From: Escherichia phage IME08
Length of the DNA stretch: 64,000 nucleotides
Strand: one strand, 5' to 3'
Sequence record: NC_014260.1
Positions within the stretch are counted from its first letter, which is position 1. Every line of letters starts with the position of its first letter. The position numbers were made by a program, and so were the translations under genes. Of the stretch, positions 1 to 9,498 are shown in pieces. Below the pieces are notes generated by a model. The model did no database searches and was not told the DNA's origin. It was given only the letters and a program-made list of their open reading frames with translations.

Positions 1-621
1 TGTTTTACGGAAGTCAGGAAAGTTTTGCTTAACTAAGGCAGCAATAACTTTAAGGTCTTCGACTTCGACATTTTCGTTTTTACAGATTGCTACAGCACGA
101 TGAATCATTTCTTTCATCATGGATGTTTGGTCTGCCGGAGTGGCTTCACCAAATTTAATAACACGACAACGGGATTGAAGTGGACCGATAATACCATCAA
201 TATTGTTTGCTGTAATAATTACAGAACAGTTTGAGGAATAGGCTTCTAAGAACGAACGAAGGTGACGTTGAGCTTCAGCAACACCGGCACGGTCGAATTC
301 GTCGATAACAATTACCTTACGCTTACCTTCGATAGATTTAGAAGATGCAAAACGAGTAAGTTCATTACGAACGAAATCAATACGGCAGTCAGAACCGTTA
401 ACAAACAGCATGTCTGAATTTGTATCAGCACACAATGCTTTAGCTACGGTAGTTTTGCCCGTGCCTGGTGAAGCAGAGACTAGGATAATGTTAGGGATTA
501 GGCCCTTATTAACAATGGCTTGGAGAGTTTCTTTATCATGTGCAGGCAGAATACATTCAGATAAAGTACCCGGACGATATTTCTGTTCCCACATGAATTC
601 ATTATTATTTACTGTAAGCAT
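1..621 (-). CDS. 44: Clamp-loader large subunit gp44 (AAA+ ATPase), N-terminal part; gene runs past window start
   Basis: Minus-strand frame absent from ORF track because it leaves the window; translation starts MLTVNNNEFMWEQKYRP (T4 gp44 MITVNEKEHILEQKYRP) and contains Walker A SASPGTGKTT; SD GAGGAAA before ATG at 621; lies downstream of gene 45 as in T4. Confidence 0.85.
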   Translation of the reverse strand, partial: MLTVNNNEFMWEQKYRPGTLSECILPAHDKETLQAIVNKGLIPNIILVSASPGTGKTTVAKALCADTNSDMLFVNGSDCRIDFVRNELTRFASSKSIEGKRKVIVIDEFDRAGVAEAQRHLRSFLEAYSSNCSVIITANNIDGIIGPLQSRCRVIKFGEATPADQTSMMKEMIHRAVAICKNENVEVEDLKVIAALVKQNFPDFRKT

Positions 622-658
622 ATTAATTTCCTCAGGTTTGTTTTTACATTATACTCCA

Positions 659-677
659 AGGGAGGAGATTCCTCCCT
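659..677 (-). promoter_or_regulatory. Intercistronic hairpin (AGGGAGG/CCTCCCT stem) between genes 45 and 44, followed by a TATAAT-like hexamer
   Basis: Perfect 7-bp inverted repeat 6 nt after the gene 45 stop; minus-strand TATAAT at about 648-653; function not determined. Confidence 0.3.
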
Positions 678-682
678 ATGCT

Positions 683-1381
683 TTAGAACGAGTGGCTTGA
701 GCCTGCTTCCATAGCTAATACGTAAGAAGCTTGTGAACCTTCAAACTTAGCAGCGAAACGAGCATCTTGACCTTCACCGCGTGCCCATAGCAATACATGA
801 TAATCAGCCGGCATCATTTTCATATTAGTTTTGTTAATAATGAATTTGAATTCAGGGCCATCATGGTCTGCAACCACTAAGGAATACAACGGTCGAGTCA
901 ATTCTTTATCGTCAACTTGTTTATAACCGTTGATAACGATTTTACCATTGTCTACAGTGATAGCAAATGTATCAATACTCAGTCCAGAGGACACACGCAT
1001 CAACTGTTGATAATCTTCGGCTTTAAGGTCAAAAATAACTTCAGCCACCGGGAACGGAATAGCTTTGCTTGGGAATGCAATTGTGCTTGGGTCGGCAATA
1101 GGCCACTTAATAGTTGAACGTTGGTCTTTAATAATTAAAGTGGTTTGGTCTTCACTTACTGAAACTTCAGCACTATCGGATACCAATGACAGGATACTTA
1201 AGAAGCCATTCAAATCATAGATTGCGGCTTCGATATCAAAGGTGTCATTTACAGTAGCTTCACCATAACTGGCACCCGTTACTGAACGGGTTAGAATAGT
1301 GTTACCAGGTTTAAGCATGATACCTGGGTTAATACCGGAGAAGTTTTTCAGAATGTTCAGAGTTTCTTTAGAGAATTTCAT
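683..1381 (-). CDS. 45: Sliding clamp gp45 (DNA polymerase processivity factor)
   Basis: 232 aa, MKFSKETLNILKNFSGINPGIMLK matches T4 gp45 N-terminus and length (228 aa); synteny 46-rpbA-45-44. Confidence 0.9.
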   Translation of the reverse strand: MKFSKETLNILKNFSGINPGIMLKPGNTILTRSVTGASYGEATVNDTFDIEAAIYDLNGFLSILSLVSDSAEVSVSEDQTTLIIKDQRSTIKWPIADPSTIAFPSKAIPFPVAEVIFDLKAEDYQQLMRVSSGLSIDTFAITVDNGKIVINGYKQVDDKELTRPLYSLVVADHDGPEFKFIINKTNMKMMPADYHVLLWARGEGQDARFAAKFEGSQASYVLAMEAGSSHSF

Positions 1382-1409
1382 AATGTTTCCTTATCAAGTC
1401 AAAAATTAA

Positions 1410-1823
1410 TTAAGCAATAACGATCATTTGTTTACGAATGGATTCAGGCAGAGATTCAATATACTCTGGGATTTGGGAAGCAACAATAGCACCGGCTTCA
1501 AGCAATTGTTCGTCAAAATCTACGCAATAATCATCTTCGAGACGTTCAGAACCATCACGGTCGATAACCAGTTTAGCACCTGCGGCCAGTGAATCATTAT
1601 AGTGGCGACGCATAATTTCTACCCACTTATCGGATACGTCGTTATCAATGATACCGTAGAGCATGAACTTAGTTTCTTGTGGAAGAGACTGCAGACGACG
1701 TGCAGAGTCGGTATCAATGTTCAGTACCCATGATTTACGGATACGGTTTTGATTATGTGGGTTGGAATCAGTACGGATAGTTTTAACTTGGATATCTTTA
1801 ACAGTAATAGCGTTAGCAAACAT
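1410..1823 (-). CDS. rpbA: RNA polymerase binding protein RpbA
   Basis: Position between 45.2 and 45 as in T4; start placed at internal Met (MFANAITVK) preceded by SD GAGAGAAAA; the track ORF extends to 1865. Confidence 0.55.
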   Translation of the reverse strand: MFANAITVKDIQVKTIRTDSNPHNQNRIRKSWVLNIDTDSARRLQSLPQETKFMLYGIIDNDVSDKWVEIMRRHYNDSLAAGAKLVIDRDGSERLEDDYCVDFDEQLLEAGAIVASQIPEYIESLPESIRKQMIVIA

Positions 1824-1853
1824 AATATTTTCTCTCATTTGGTTGGTAGATGT

Positions 1854-1877
1854 ATTATAAATCAATATTTTAAAGCA
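1854..1877 (-). promoter_or_regulatory. Candidate MotA-dependent middle promoter upstream of rpbA
   Basis: Minus-strand TGCTTTA (MotA-box-like) 11 nt upstream of TATAAT; matches the T4 middle promoter architecture. Confidence 0.35.
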
Positions 1878-1885
1878 CTTAACGT

Positions 1886-2077
1886 TTAATCAAAGTATTC
1901 ATAAACGAACCAGGCAGGGTTCCTGTTCGACATGATTCTATCATACTCTGACTTAAAAGCATTTCGGAGATAATCTTCAGTAACAAGATGTTCGTCTCCA
2001 GAGAAGTTGTTAACTAAAACATAACGCCTTAGTTCAGGAACGGCCAACAGATGTTGGCCTGTTATAAAATCACTCAT
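1886..2077 (-). CDS. Small conserved protein (T4 45.2-like)
   Basis: 63-aa ORF, ATGA-type overlap with the gene 46 stop; synteny. Confidence 0.5.
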   Translation of the reverse strand: MSDFITGQHLLAVPELRRYVLVNNFSGDEHLVTEDYLRNAFKSEYDRIMSNRNPAWFVYEYFD

Positions 2078-3756
2078 TCCATCACCGTGAATCGTCCAAC
2101 TTTCTTCATTTGAAGATGTTGGCCATAAGCTTGTGGGTCATGGTCTCGGTGAGAGATAATAAACACGTTCGTATCCTCAAGGCTATTCAAGATGGTTGCA
2201 ATGGTCTTAACGCCTTCAGCGTCAGTAGCACTGTCAAATACCTCATCAAGAATTAACGTGCTGATATTAACACCAGATACCTTTGAAGCAATATCACGCC
2301 ATGTAAAAAGTAGTGCGATATCAATACGTGCTTTCTCACCCTGTGAAAATGAAGCATAACTAAAGTCTTCACGTCCACGTGATTTAATCGTCTCATTGAA
2401 CTCTTCATCTAGTGTAAAGACGTAGTCGGCTTCCATAATCTTCAAATAAGAATTTATCTGCTTATTAAAGATAGGAATGTATTTCTTAATAATGGAGCCT
2501 TTAATACCCGTGTCCTTCAACATTTCTGTCAGAATTCCACGATGATATTTTTCCATTACCAAGGACGATTTGGTAGAGACGATTTTATCAAGCTCTGCTT
2601 GAAGCGCGGCAATCTCTTCGGCATTACTTACGAACTCAGCAGCTGCTTGGTCGATTAATACTTTAACTTTTTTAGCTTTCTCTACAGCAGTAATGGCTTG
2701 TTGCTTATGAGTAGCTATCTGAGATTTAATAGCCAGCGCTTTATTACGTTGTTCGGTTACTTGGTCCTTAATGAGCTTGAGTTCTTGGTACTGCTCATTA
2801 ATCTTATCCAAAGATTTTTGAAGTTCAAAGTTCTTATCCTTAATTTTAGTAAGGATATTTCCATGCTCTTCCAATCCTTGCATACATGTAGGACAACTAC
2901 CACCGGTTTCGTATAATTTCACAACCTTAGTAAAGGTTGCCATATCATTCTTGATTGCAAATCCTTTATTGCTCAGGTCACTCATAGAGTTGCTAGGGTC
3001 ATCATCGACGATGACATTGAGTAATTCATCAGTCAGTTTTTCTATATTGCCCTTCGCAGTCCTGGCTTCTTTAACCAGCTCATCGTACATTAACTGTAGA
3101 CGTGCTGCGTTCTCGCCGGATAATTTACGCTGACGTTCTTCGTTGTCATTATAAATTTTAATTTGCTGGGTAATAGAATCCTGTTTAACGTCGATTACCT
3201 GGATTTGGCTATTAGTCTCACGAATCAAAGATTTGTTCAACTTGTCCATATCCGCTAATACAGAAACCTCTAACAGGTCTTCCACAAGCTTTCGGCGCGC
3301 AGGGGTCGACAAACCCATGAAAGGGGTATACCCTGCTGTACCAAGTACGACAATCTGTTTGAAACTGGCATATGACATTCCGATAAGCTGTTCAAATTCT
3401 GCTTGGAAGTCTTTACTGCTGGCAGATTCATCAAGACGTTCACCGCCACAAGTGATTTCAAAAATATTGGGTTTTTGCCCGCGCTTGATATAGTATTCTT
3501 TGCCATCATATTCCATCCACAGTTCGACCAAAAGGTCTTTCTTATTACTTGAGTTAATCAACTGCCCTTTCTTAACATCACGAAAAGGCTTACCAAACAG
3601 AGCAAATGTAACGGCTTCAAGGAACGTAGATTTACCAGCGCCATTTTTACCGGTGACTAAGGTCTTTTGGACCTTGTCAAGTTGGATTGTAATAGGTTGC
3701 TGGCCTACCGACATAATATTTTTATACGTTACTTTCTTTAACTTAAACGTTTTCAT
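2074..3756 (-). CDS. 46: Recombination endonuclease subunit gp46 (Rad50/SbcC-like ATPase)
   Basis: 560 aa, same length as T4 gp46; N-terminus MKTFKLKKVTYKNIMSVGQQPITIQLDKVQKTLVTGKNGAGKST (Walker A), C-terminal LILDEVFD signature region. Confidence 0.92.
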   Translation of the reverse strand: MKTFKLKKVTYKNIMSVGQQPITIQLDKVQKTLVTGKNGAGKSTFLEAVTFALFGKPFRDVKKGQLINSSNKKDLLVELWMEYDGKEYYIKRGQKPNIFEITCGGERLDESASSKDFQAEFEQLIGMSYASFKQIVVLGTAGYTPFMGLSTPARRKLVEDLLEVSVLADMDKLNKSLIRETNSQIQVIDVKQDSITQQIKIYNDNEERQRKLSGENAARLQLMYDELVKEARTAKGNIEKLTDELLNVIVDDDPSNSMSDLSNKGFAIKNDMATFTKVVKLYETGGSCPTCMQGLEEHGNILTKIKDKNFELQKSLDKINEQYQELKLIKDQVTEQRNKALAIKSQIATHKQQAITAVEKAKKVKVLIDQAAAEFVSNAEEIAALQAELDKIVSTKSSLVMEKYHRGILTEMLKDTGIKGSIIKKYIPIFNKQINSYLKIMEADYVFTLDEEFNETIKSRGREDFSYASFSQGEKARIDIALLFTWRDIASKVSGVNISTLILDEVFDSATDAEGVKTIATILNSLEDTNVFIISHRDHDPQAYGQHLQMKKVGRFTVME

Positions 3757-3977
3757 GTATTGTTCTCACGAATTGTTTGTTCAGCATATTCTAGCATTTC
3801 TTCGGAAGAAGCAAACACGTCGTCAAGTTCCATGGCCCATGAAACACCTTCAGAATATTCAGAAGTGATATACATAGTTCCGGTATACCAAGAACCATCC
3901 ACGTCCCATTCTACATTACCGAACCAGCCATCGCCAATATGAAAATCATGTTTATACATTTTCATCATTATAAGCAT
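3753..3977 (-). CDS. Hypothetical protein (46.1-like position)
   Basis: 74-aa ORF between 47 and 46, overlapping stop/start arrangement. Confidence 0.45.
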   Translation of the reverse strand: MLIMMKMYKHDFHIGDGWFGNVEWDVDGSWYTGTMYITSEYSEGVSWAMELDDVFASSEEMLEYAEQTIRENNT

Positions 3978-4215
3978 CCTTGATGCATGATTCAGCCATA
4001 TGAATTAATGTTTCTGGAGTATCATCTACCATTACATTAAAGCTAAATTCCACAGCCCAATCAGTGAAAACATAAACCTTTACGACATCTTCGCTTTCAC
4101 CGTCAGTACAGCCTTCGAACCAGAATTTAATGATTGAAGGATTGCCATCGTCGTCAATAACCATACAATCATGTTTAAAGCATAATCCTGATTTTTTGAA
4201 TTCATCTAAAGTCAT
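3952..4215 (-). CDS. Hypothetical protein (46.2-like position)
   Basis: 87-aa ORF, start overlaps the gene 47 stop. Confidence 0.45.
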   Translation of the reverse strand: MTLDEFKKSGLCFKHDCMVIDDDGNPSIIKFWFEGCTDGESEDVVKVYVFTDWAVEFSFNVMVDDTPETLIHMAESCIKDAYNDENV

Positions 4216-5234
4216 CGTGTAACCTCATTATAAAGTTGTGCAGCCATAGTCTTAAGGGCTTTAACATCGTCTTCAGTGTGGCCATCAGGAAGGGCGTCGA
4301 TATAATCATACATCATATCCAAGAGGGACTTAACTTCATCTTCCTCTTCAGAATCATCGATATCAACACTGTTATCTACCTTAGACACGATACGTAAAGA
4401 ATGGACGACCTTTTCAAGCTCTGATTCGAACTTAGTAAGGCCATCATCGATTTTATCGACTATAACACGAACTGCAATATTTGTAAAATCTTTGTAATCG
4501 ATAGTCGCGTTAGGATAATGAATCTTACGGTGCCAACAGGTTTCATTGATGACGAAATCCATTGTATGGGTTTCTGTATCGAAAATCCAGAAGCCGCGAG
4601 GGTCGTTTTCATCACCTGCAGTCAGGGTCCATGGCGTACCAATATACTTAACGTTTGCTGCATCAGAAATAGTGTGGAAGTGGCCTGACCAAACTTGCTT
4701 ATACCTCTTAAGGAAATCAGGTTCTAAACCATGAGATTTCATTCCTTTATAGAAATAGAAACCATTTAATTCCCAGTGACCTATACAGAAATCTGCTGTA
4801 GTATTTTTGATATGGTCCATGATATCAGTAGTGTTTTCTTCACACATCCATGGAATCAAATCAATTTCGGTACCATCAAAGTTAACCGTAGTAGGTTTCT
4901 CAATAACCTTGATATGGTCGTATTTACCCAGAACTTCAGAAGCAGCGTTCGGAGTCAAGGTATTTTTGTAGTGTGCATCATGGTTGCCGACGACAGTATA
5001 CATGGTAATGCCGTTGGTTTTAAGCAAATCTGAAATATGTCTAGCAAATTCCATACACTTATGAGTAATTGCTTTACGAACATCAAAAATATCACCATAC
5101 TGAATCCAGACAGTGATACCATTTGCTTTAGAATAATTGATGGCATCTTTGATGCCTGCCAATTGGATGTTTTGCACCCAAGGGTCGTCGTTCTTCACTC
5201 CAAGGTGCCAGTCACCCGTATTAAGAATTTTCAT
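4212..5234 (-). CDS. 47: Recombination endonuclease subunit gp47 (Mre11/SbcD-like phosphoesterase)
   Basis: Start at MKILNTGDWHLG (metallophosphatase motif I), about 340 aa as T4 gp47 (339); GNHD motif present; synteny with 46. Confidence 0.88.
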   Translation of the reverse strand: MKILNTGDWHLGVKNDDPWVQNIQLAGIKDAINYSKANGITVWIQYGDIFDVRKAITHKCMEFARHISDLLKTNGITMYTVVGNHDAHYKNTLTPNAASEVLGKYDHIKVIEKPTTVNFDGTEIDLIPWMCEENTTDIMDHIKNTTADFCIGHWELNGFYFYKGMKSHGLEPDFLKRYKQVWSGHFHTISDAANVKYIGTPWTLTAGDENDPRGFWIFDTETHTMDFVINETCWHRKIHYPNATIDYKDFTNIAVRVIVDKIDDGLTKFESELEKVVHSLRIVSKVDNSVDIDDSEEEDEVKSLLDMMYDYIDALPDGHTEDDVKALKTMAAQLYNEVTR

Positions 5235-5838
5235 TACGTATTCGTTCCCACATTTTGGAGGCTGCTTTAGAAGCAGAGCCAGGAAGTTTACCTTTGACCC
5301 ACCCATCAGGAATATTAGATGGGTTAATCAGTTTATGTTCTATTCCGTTATTATACCACTTCCTGCCCTTATTATGACTAGATGCTTTATAATTAGGTGA
5401 ACGACCTTCTACATATCCTTCGGGGACTGTAGGTGCAAAGGTTTGTTCTAATGTAACAGGATTATAGGAATGAATATACCCTTTAGCATTATGAGAGCCG
5501 TAAAGAGGGTGTTGCTCTTTAGGTAGCGAAAGCCCAAAGAATCCTTTAGGAGCTGCGACAGCCCTATTAAAGAATAGAGGATTTTGGGCTGCATCGGTTC
5601 TTAACTGGTACATTCTTTCAGCTTCTAAAGCCTCTTCTCTTGTAGGGTGTTCACTTACAATACATGAGTCAAATAATTCTGGATGCTCTAAAAGCTCATT
5701 TTTATAGATTTCTTTATATGCTTTAGAAAGGACACTCCCGTGATATCCTTTTAAATGCTTCTCTAAAGTGGTAGACCCTATATAAAACGGTGGAAGCTTA
5801 GTCCCGGAATATATTGTCAGGTATGTGATGTATTTCAT
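5221..5838 (-). CDS. Putative homing endonuclease (GIY-YIG-like N-terminus, WYNNG-type C-terminal motif)
   Basis: 205 aa; N-terminal LTIYSG...FYIGST...KHLKG resembles GIY-(8-10 aa)-YIG; C-terminal GRKWYNNGIEHK...IPDGWVKG resembles DNA-binding modules of phage homing endonucleases; occupies the locus where T4 carries alpha-gt. Confidence 0.45.
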   Translation of the reverse strand: MKYITYLTIYSGTKLPPFYIGSTTLEKHLKGYHGSVLSKAYKEIYKNELLEHPELFDSCIVSEHPTREEALEAERMYQLRTDAAQNPLFFNRAVAAPKGFFGLSLPKEQHPLYGSHNAKGYIHSYNPVTLEQTFAPTVPEGYVEGRSPNYKASSHNKGRKWYNNGIEHKLINPSNIPDGWVKGKLPGSASKAASKMWERIRNENS

Positions 5839-5867
5839 AGATTTATTTTATCATCCATTCAGAAAGC

Positions 5868-5893
5868 AAAAAAGGAGCCTAAGCTCCTTTACC
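5868..5893 (-). terminator. Rho-independent terminator (minus strand)
   Basis: Minus-strand RNA GGAGC-UUAG-GCUCC stem-loop followed by UUUUU. Confidence 0.5.
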
Positions 5894-6294
5894 AACTAAT
5901 ACACCATACAGAGGTTCGTGATTAGACCTGAACTTGATAGGCTTATATGTAATAGTACCTTCATTTTCTGCTTTAATACGAGCGGCTTCAAATTTAAGCA
6001 ACATCTCATTTTTGTCAGATTTAATCTTATCAAAATCCATCGAATTCGTCATTCATACAACCTCTTAAACTTTTTCGTATTCGTCTTTCATTAGCCACCT
6101 GTCCATGTTATCATCGTTGCCACCATTTCTTAAGTTGGTGTGAATCCACCCAAACCTTGGCTACAGGCTCAATCCGAAAAATTTCATCGGAATATTGACC
6201 CATCATTTTGTATTCGGTTTCGGACTGCTTAATACAGATATTACCGTATGAGCGAAGTCTAAAGGCGGCTCCAATAAGAAGCCGTTTAAAGGGT

Positions 6295-6606
6295 TTATTT
6301 ACTAGAGCCATTGACGATTTCCCAAATTTGTTTGCGGGTAGATTCCCACATCAATTGAACAAGTTCATCAGTAACAGGTTGACGGTAAATACCACGTAAT
6401 TTAATTAAAGCGTACTTATATGCTTCAAAGTTGTTTTCAAGTACAGCGCCTTGGGCATGGAGATTTAAACGACGGATTTCACGAGCATTCTTCTTAAGAA
6501 TCTTAGCCGCTTGAGAATTAGCTTCTTTAATATTGTGCTCTTCTAAACGTTGCTGGGCTTCTTCAATTTGCTCATCAGTCAATTGAGAAATGTCATGGCT
6601 TTGCAT
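6295..6606 (-). CDS. Hypothetical protein
   Basis: 103-aa ORF, coiled-coil-like basic protein; same strand, tight packing. Confidence 0.45.
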   Translation of the reverse strand: MQSHDISQLTDEQIEEAQQRLEEHNIKEANSQAAKILKKNAREIRRLNLHAQGAVLENNFEAYKYALIKLRGIYRQPVTDELVQLMWESTRKQIWEIVNGSSK

Positions 6607-6607
6607 A

Positions 6608-6838
6608 TTAATCCTTTGGAGTCAATTCAATAGTGAAGTAGAAATTAGCGTTCTCAACATGATAACGATAATCTACGTTATTGTCAGGAGAAGTGAATTC
6701 AATATTCCTGACGTTAAGTGGGTCAATATCAATAGGAAGGCCTTTAACATCCCGTAATATCAATTTAATAAAATAAGGGAGTGCTTCGAAGTCTTCCATT
6801 CCATCTAAAAGTGGAGTGATATTAATCTGATGTTCCAT
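6608..6838 (-). CDS. Hypothetical protein
   Basis: Track ORF 6608-6874 begins with a non-ATG codon; first ATG at 6838, slightly overlapping the gene 55 end. Confidence 0.4.
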   Translation of the reverse strand: MEHQINITPLLDGMEDFEALPYFIKLILRDVKGLPIDIDPLNVRNIEFTSPDNNVDYRYHVENANFYFTIELTPKD

Positions 6839-7379
6839 ATAAAAAATCCAGTTCACCGACTTTAGGTTCGGCACTCTTATCAGACCCTGGTGCTTTAGTT
6901 AAAGAGGTTTCATACTGAGTCATTTTGTCGTAGATATCTTGGATAAAGGTTTCATCTGCGATACCTACCATGTCGTCATCATTACTGTCATAGACGTTAT
7001 GGACGAAGTAGCTATATTTCTTTGCCATTTCTTTACGTTCTTTTTTGATACGCTGAACGAAGGCATTAAAACAAGCCATAGTGATATATGCATGTGGGTT
7101 GTCGTATTTTGTTTCGTCGAAGTTGTGAAGACCTTTAATCGAAGCTTCGATTCCATCAGCAATCATTTCTTGCTTCCAAGATTGGGTATATCCTGAGAAG
7201 TTGAAACGTTTACTTAGTCCTTCAGCAATGAGCATAATAGCCAAGCCAATAACGTCGTTCTGGCGAACTATTTTATTAGGATCAGTATTTTCTCTGAGCT
7301 CTGTTTTCCATTGGGTAATAGCTTTCAGAAGCTCCTTATTATTTACATAGTTATTTTTAGTCAGTTTAATTTCGGTCAT
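6822..7379 (-). CDS. 55: Late-transcription sigma factor gp55
   Basis: 185 aa, same length as T4 gp55; near-identical core [13 protein letters not shown]...[57 protein letters not shown]. Confidence 0.92.
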   Translation of the reverse strand: MTEIKLTKNNYVNNKELLKAITQWKTELRENTDPNKIVRQNDVIGLAIMLIAEGLSKRFNFSGYTQSWKQEMIADGIEASIKGLHNFDETKYDNPHAYITMACFNAFVQRIKKERKEMAKKYSYFVHNVYDSNDDDMVGIADETFIQDIYDKMTQYETSLTKAPGSDKSAEPKVGELDFLYGTSD

Positions 7380-7404
7380 TGTTACCTCAGATAACTCAAA
7401 TCAT

Positions 7405-7445
7405 AGGTCTATTATATCATGGTATTTGAAGACCCTTTTAAAGCA
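7405..7445 (-). promoter_or_regulatory. Promoter-like element upstream of gene 55
   Basis: Minus-strand TATAAT followed by AGACCTATGA, resembling the downstream half of the repeated early promoter cassette; no canonical GTTTAC -35. Confidence 0.3.
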
Positions 7446-7709
7446 TCAACGGAGTAAGCAATAAGCCTGAAATACTGTTTCAAGGATTTTTTTGAACTCT
7501 TCAAAGGAAGGAGCTCCTTCAAACCCTTGGCTTTGAATGTAAAGACAGAATTGTTGGTAAAGGACCAAATATTCTGATTGGTTATATTTGGAAATATGGG
7601 ACTTCCATACTTCAGAAGTCTCTCCACAAATAAACTCAACATTCATATAACTATCTATTAAGAAAATCCCTAGTCCTTCGTAGGCGAGGGTAGTGGATAC
7701 AGGGGTCAT
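7446..7709 (-). CDS. Hypothetical protein
   Basis: 87-aa ORF; overlapping 76-aa ORF 7412-7642 is in another frame and judged less likely. Confidence 0.4.
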   Translation of the reverse strand: MTPVSTTLAYEGLGIFLIDSYMNVEFICGETSEVWKSHISKYNQSEYLVLYQQFCLYIQSQGFEGAPSFEEFKKILETVFQAYCLLR

Positions 7710-7972
7710 TGTAGGAATCGAGCTCCTTCCAGTGCGTCATCAAGATTATCAAACTCATCGACGTAATCAACACCGCCAACTTCATCCTTCGCATAAAGCC
7801 AGTACTGTTTAAATTCGTATTCGATGATAAAGTGGTCACCCTCAATCTGGAGAGTCCCATCACCATTAAATTGAACTGCATAACCTGTAAAGCGGACATC
7901 ATTCAAGAGTTCTTCTTTCATAGCAATCATTTCCAAGTTTTTATCGTAATTAGAGAGTTTTATTTTAATCAT
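7706..7972 (-). CDS. Hypothetical protein
   Basis: 88-aa ORF, ATGA overlap with downstream gene. Confidence 0.45.
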   Translation of the reverse strand: MIKIKLSNYDKNLEMIAMKEELLNDVRFTGYAVQFNGDGTLQIEGDHFIIEYEFKQYWLYAKDEVGGVDYVDEFDNLDDALEGARFLQ

Positions 7973-8213
7973 TCAAATAATCCTCAAATTCATTTAATGT
8001 CATGCCTTCATCCCAAGCTATTTTTGGGTCAGGCATTTTCATATAAGTGGTTTTAGAGCTTATAGGAAATATCCTGAAATCACGATGACTTCCACTTAGC
8101 ATCTTAGCCGCTTTTATAATAGTTTCAATATTATTCATCATGGGTGTACGTTGGAACCCGGCTAAAGCTTTAAGGACTATTATAACCGATACACCCTCAG
8201 GCAAATTATTCAT
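7965..8213 (-). CDS. Hypothetical protein
   Basis: 82-aa ORF, same strand, overlapping neighbours by a few nt. Confidence 0.45.
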   Translation of the reverse strand: MNNLPEGVSVIIVLKALAGFQRTPMMNNIETIIKAAKMLSGSHRDFRIFPISSKTTYMKMPDPKIAWDEGMTLNEFEDYLND

Positions 8214-8539
8214 TTAGCTGCCTTAACAATTTTCAGGTCGACGAATTTTTTCTTACGTTGGTTTTTCATACGACGGATAGTTTTATCCGTGATTTCACCA
8301 GGGCACCAAGCTTTGGATTCAACACCAAAGGCAGCGACATCGAATTCATCAAGGATATATTGGACCAGGATTTCACGAATACCATTCTTACCAATTTTCT
8401 GGTCTTTGGAGTGCATGATTGGTAACAGTTCGGCAACCCATTGGTCAAGAACCTGAGGAGTTACAAAACCTGTTTTCATCAGTTCGTTTACTTTATCGAA
8501 AGCGAAAGAGTTCAGTACGTTTTTAATTGCTTGTGACAT
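8210..8539 (-). CDS. Hypothetical protein (N-terminus MSQAIKNV, shares its initiation region with the gene at 15319-16161)
   Basis: Start moved to the ATG preceded by SD GAGGAAATT, because an early promoter lies inside the longer track ORF. Confidence 0.5.
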   Translation of the reverse strand: MSQAIKNVLNSFAFDKVNELMKTGFVTPQVLDQWVAELLPIMHSKDQKIGKNGIREILVQYILDEFDVAAFGVESKAWCPGEITDKTIRRMKNQRKKKFVDLKIVKAAK

Positions 8540-8578
8540 AATAATTTCCTCAGTTTTAAAGTTATAATCCGTAGGACC

Positions 8579-8608
8579 ATTATACTCTGGTCCCAAGAGT
8601 TTGTAAAC
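8579..8608 (-). promoter_or_regulatory. T4-type early promoter (PeSL-like cassette)
   Basis: Minus strand: GTTTAC (-35), 18-nt spacer, TATAAT (-10); inverted repeat GGGACCA/TGGTCC flanks the -10. Confidence 0.55.
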
Positions 8609-8808
8609 TATTTTTGTGCTTTAGCGCCTTTCCAACCTTCGAACATCATTGCTGCGGAAATTAACAAAGCGCCTGAACAAGCTGAATATTTGTGGTTCCA
8701 AAACCAGTTCAGAAAAACTTCGTCATCAATACCTTGGGCTATCATATTTTCAAAGAACTGACGACGGGCTTCAGAAATTTGCTGTGATAATTTAGATTCA
8801 GGATTCAT
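8608..8808 (-). CDS. Hypothetical protein
   Basis: 66-aa ORF. Confidence 0.4.
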   Translation of the reverse strand: MNPESKLSQQISEARRQFFENMIAQGIDDEVFLNWFWNHKYSACSGALLISAAMMFEGWKGAKAQK

Positions 8809-8940
8809 TTAAATTTTCCAATTGCCATTTTCATCAATGAATTTAACCCAGTCATTTACTGACCACTTGGTTGTATCGCCTTTTGGAGCAACATTTAAAG
8901 TATACAACCCTTGCTTAAAAAGCATTCGTTTGATATTCAT
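8809..8940 (-). CDS. Hypothetical small protein (43 aa)
   Basis: Internal ATG of track ORF 8809-9033 with strong SD GAGGAAACT, 8 nt after the upstream stop. Confidence 0.35.
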   Translation of the reverse strand: MNIKRMLFKQGLYTLNVAPKGDTTKWSVNDWVKFIDENGNWKI

Positions 8941-8947
8941 AGTTTCC

Positions 8948-9241
8948 TCAGCTGTAACGATAACATTCGTTTGATTTACGTTTTGCAACTTGATGAGAAG
9001 TATTGTAATCAGGTTCATCATCGTTGTAAACATCTTTTTTCAGCTTTCTCACTTCTTTACGAAGTTGGCGGTTCATTTCATTCTTAACTTCTGAGTCAAC
9101 GCCTCTCATACGTTTCCACTTGTCGGAACGGAAGATATTTTCTTCAACCAAATCCTGACTTACGCCGACCGGTGCTTTACGACGCCCGGAATAATAAAAA
9201 TCTTTTACAGACAATTCTTTACGACGGATAGTTTTACCCAT
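8948..9241 (-). CDS. Hypothetical basic protein
   Basis: 97-aa ORF, Lys/Arg-rich. Confidence 0.45.
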   Translation of the reverse strand: MGKTIRRKELSVKDFYYSGRRKAPVGVSQDLVEENIFRSDKWKRMRGVDSEVKNEMNRQLRKEVRKLKKDVYNDDEPDYNTSHQVAKRKSNECYRYS

Positions 9242-9243
9242 AG

Positions 9244-9498
9244 TTACCTCAGCAGTTTGTATCCAATAAGATTTTTAATGTATTGGACATCTTTGACATC
9301 CAAATCTAACTTAATATCTTTCAGGCGTTCAGCCAGAGTAAGAAATGTTACACGTTTCCAATTCTTAACAGGACAGCAATAAGTTTTAGGGCCGTTGGCG
9401 ATTTCAATATTCTTATCAGTGACGGTGAGAAAAATCAGGCGCTCATCATCCAGATTAAGGGTAATGATATTTTTCATTGAATGTAATTTCAGGCTCAT
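9244..9498 (-). CDS. Hypothetical protein
   Basis: 84-aa ORF. Confidence 0.45.
   Translation of the reverse strand: MSLKLHSMKNIITLNLDDERLIFLTVTDKNIEIANGPKTYCCPVKNWKRVTFLTLAERLKDIKLDLDVKDVQYIKNLIGYKLLR

Noticed and set aside
410-700. Plus-strand ORFs inside the minus-strand early region (410-700, 917-1117, 2698-2916, 4546-5400, 31833-32399, 36705-37184 and others)
   Set aside because: Each lies antisense to a well-supported conserved gene (44, 45, 46, 47, internal protein gene and so on), has no SD, and breaks the strictly unidirectional, overlapping gene packing; judged to be frame artefacts.
1382-1410. MotA-box-like TTGCTTA immediately upstream of gene 45
   Set aside because: No acceptable -10 hexamer at the required 11-13 nt spacing, and it would leave almost no leader; not called as a promoter.
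7412-7642. 76-aa ORF overlapping the 7446-7709 ORF in another frame
   Set aside because: Mutually exclusive with 7446-7709; the latter fits the ATGA-coupled gene chain better.
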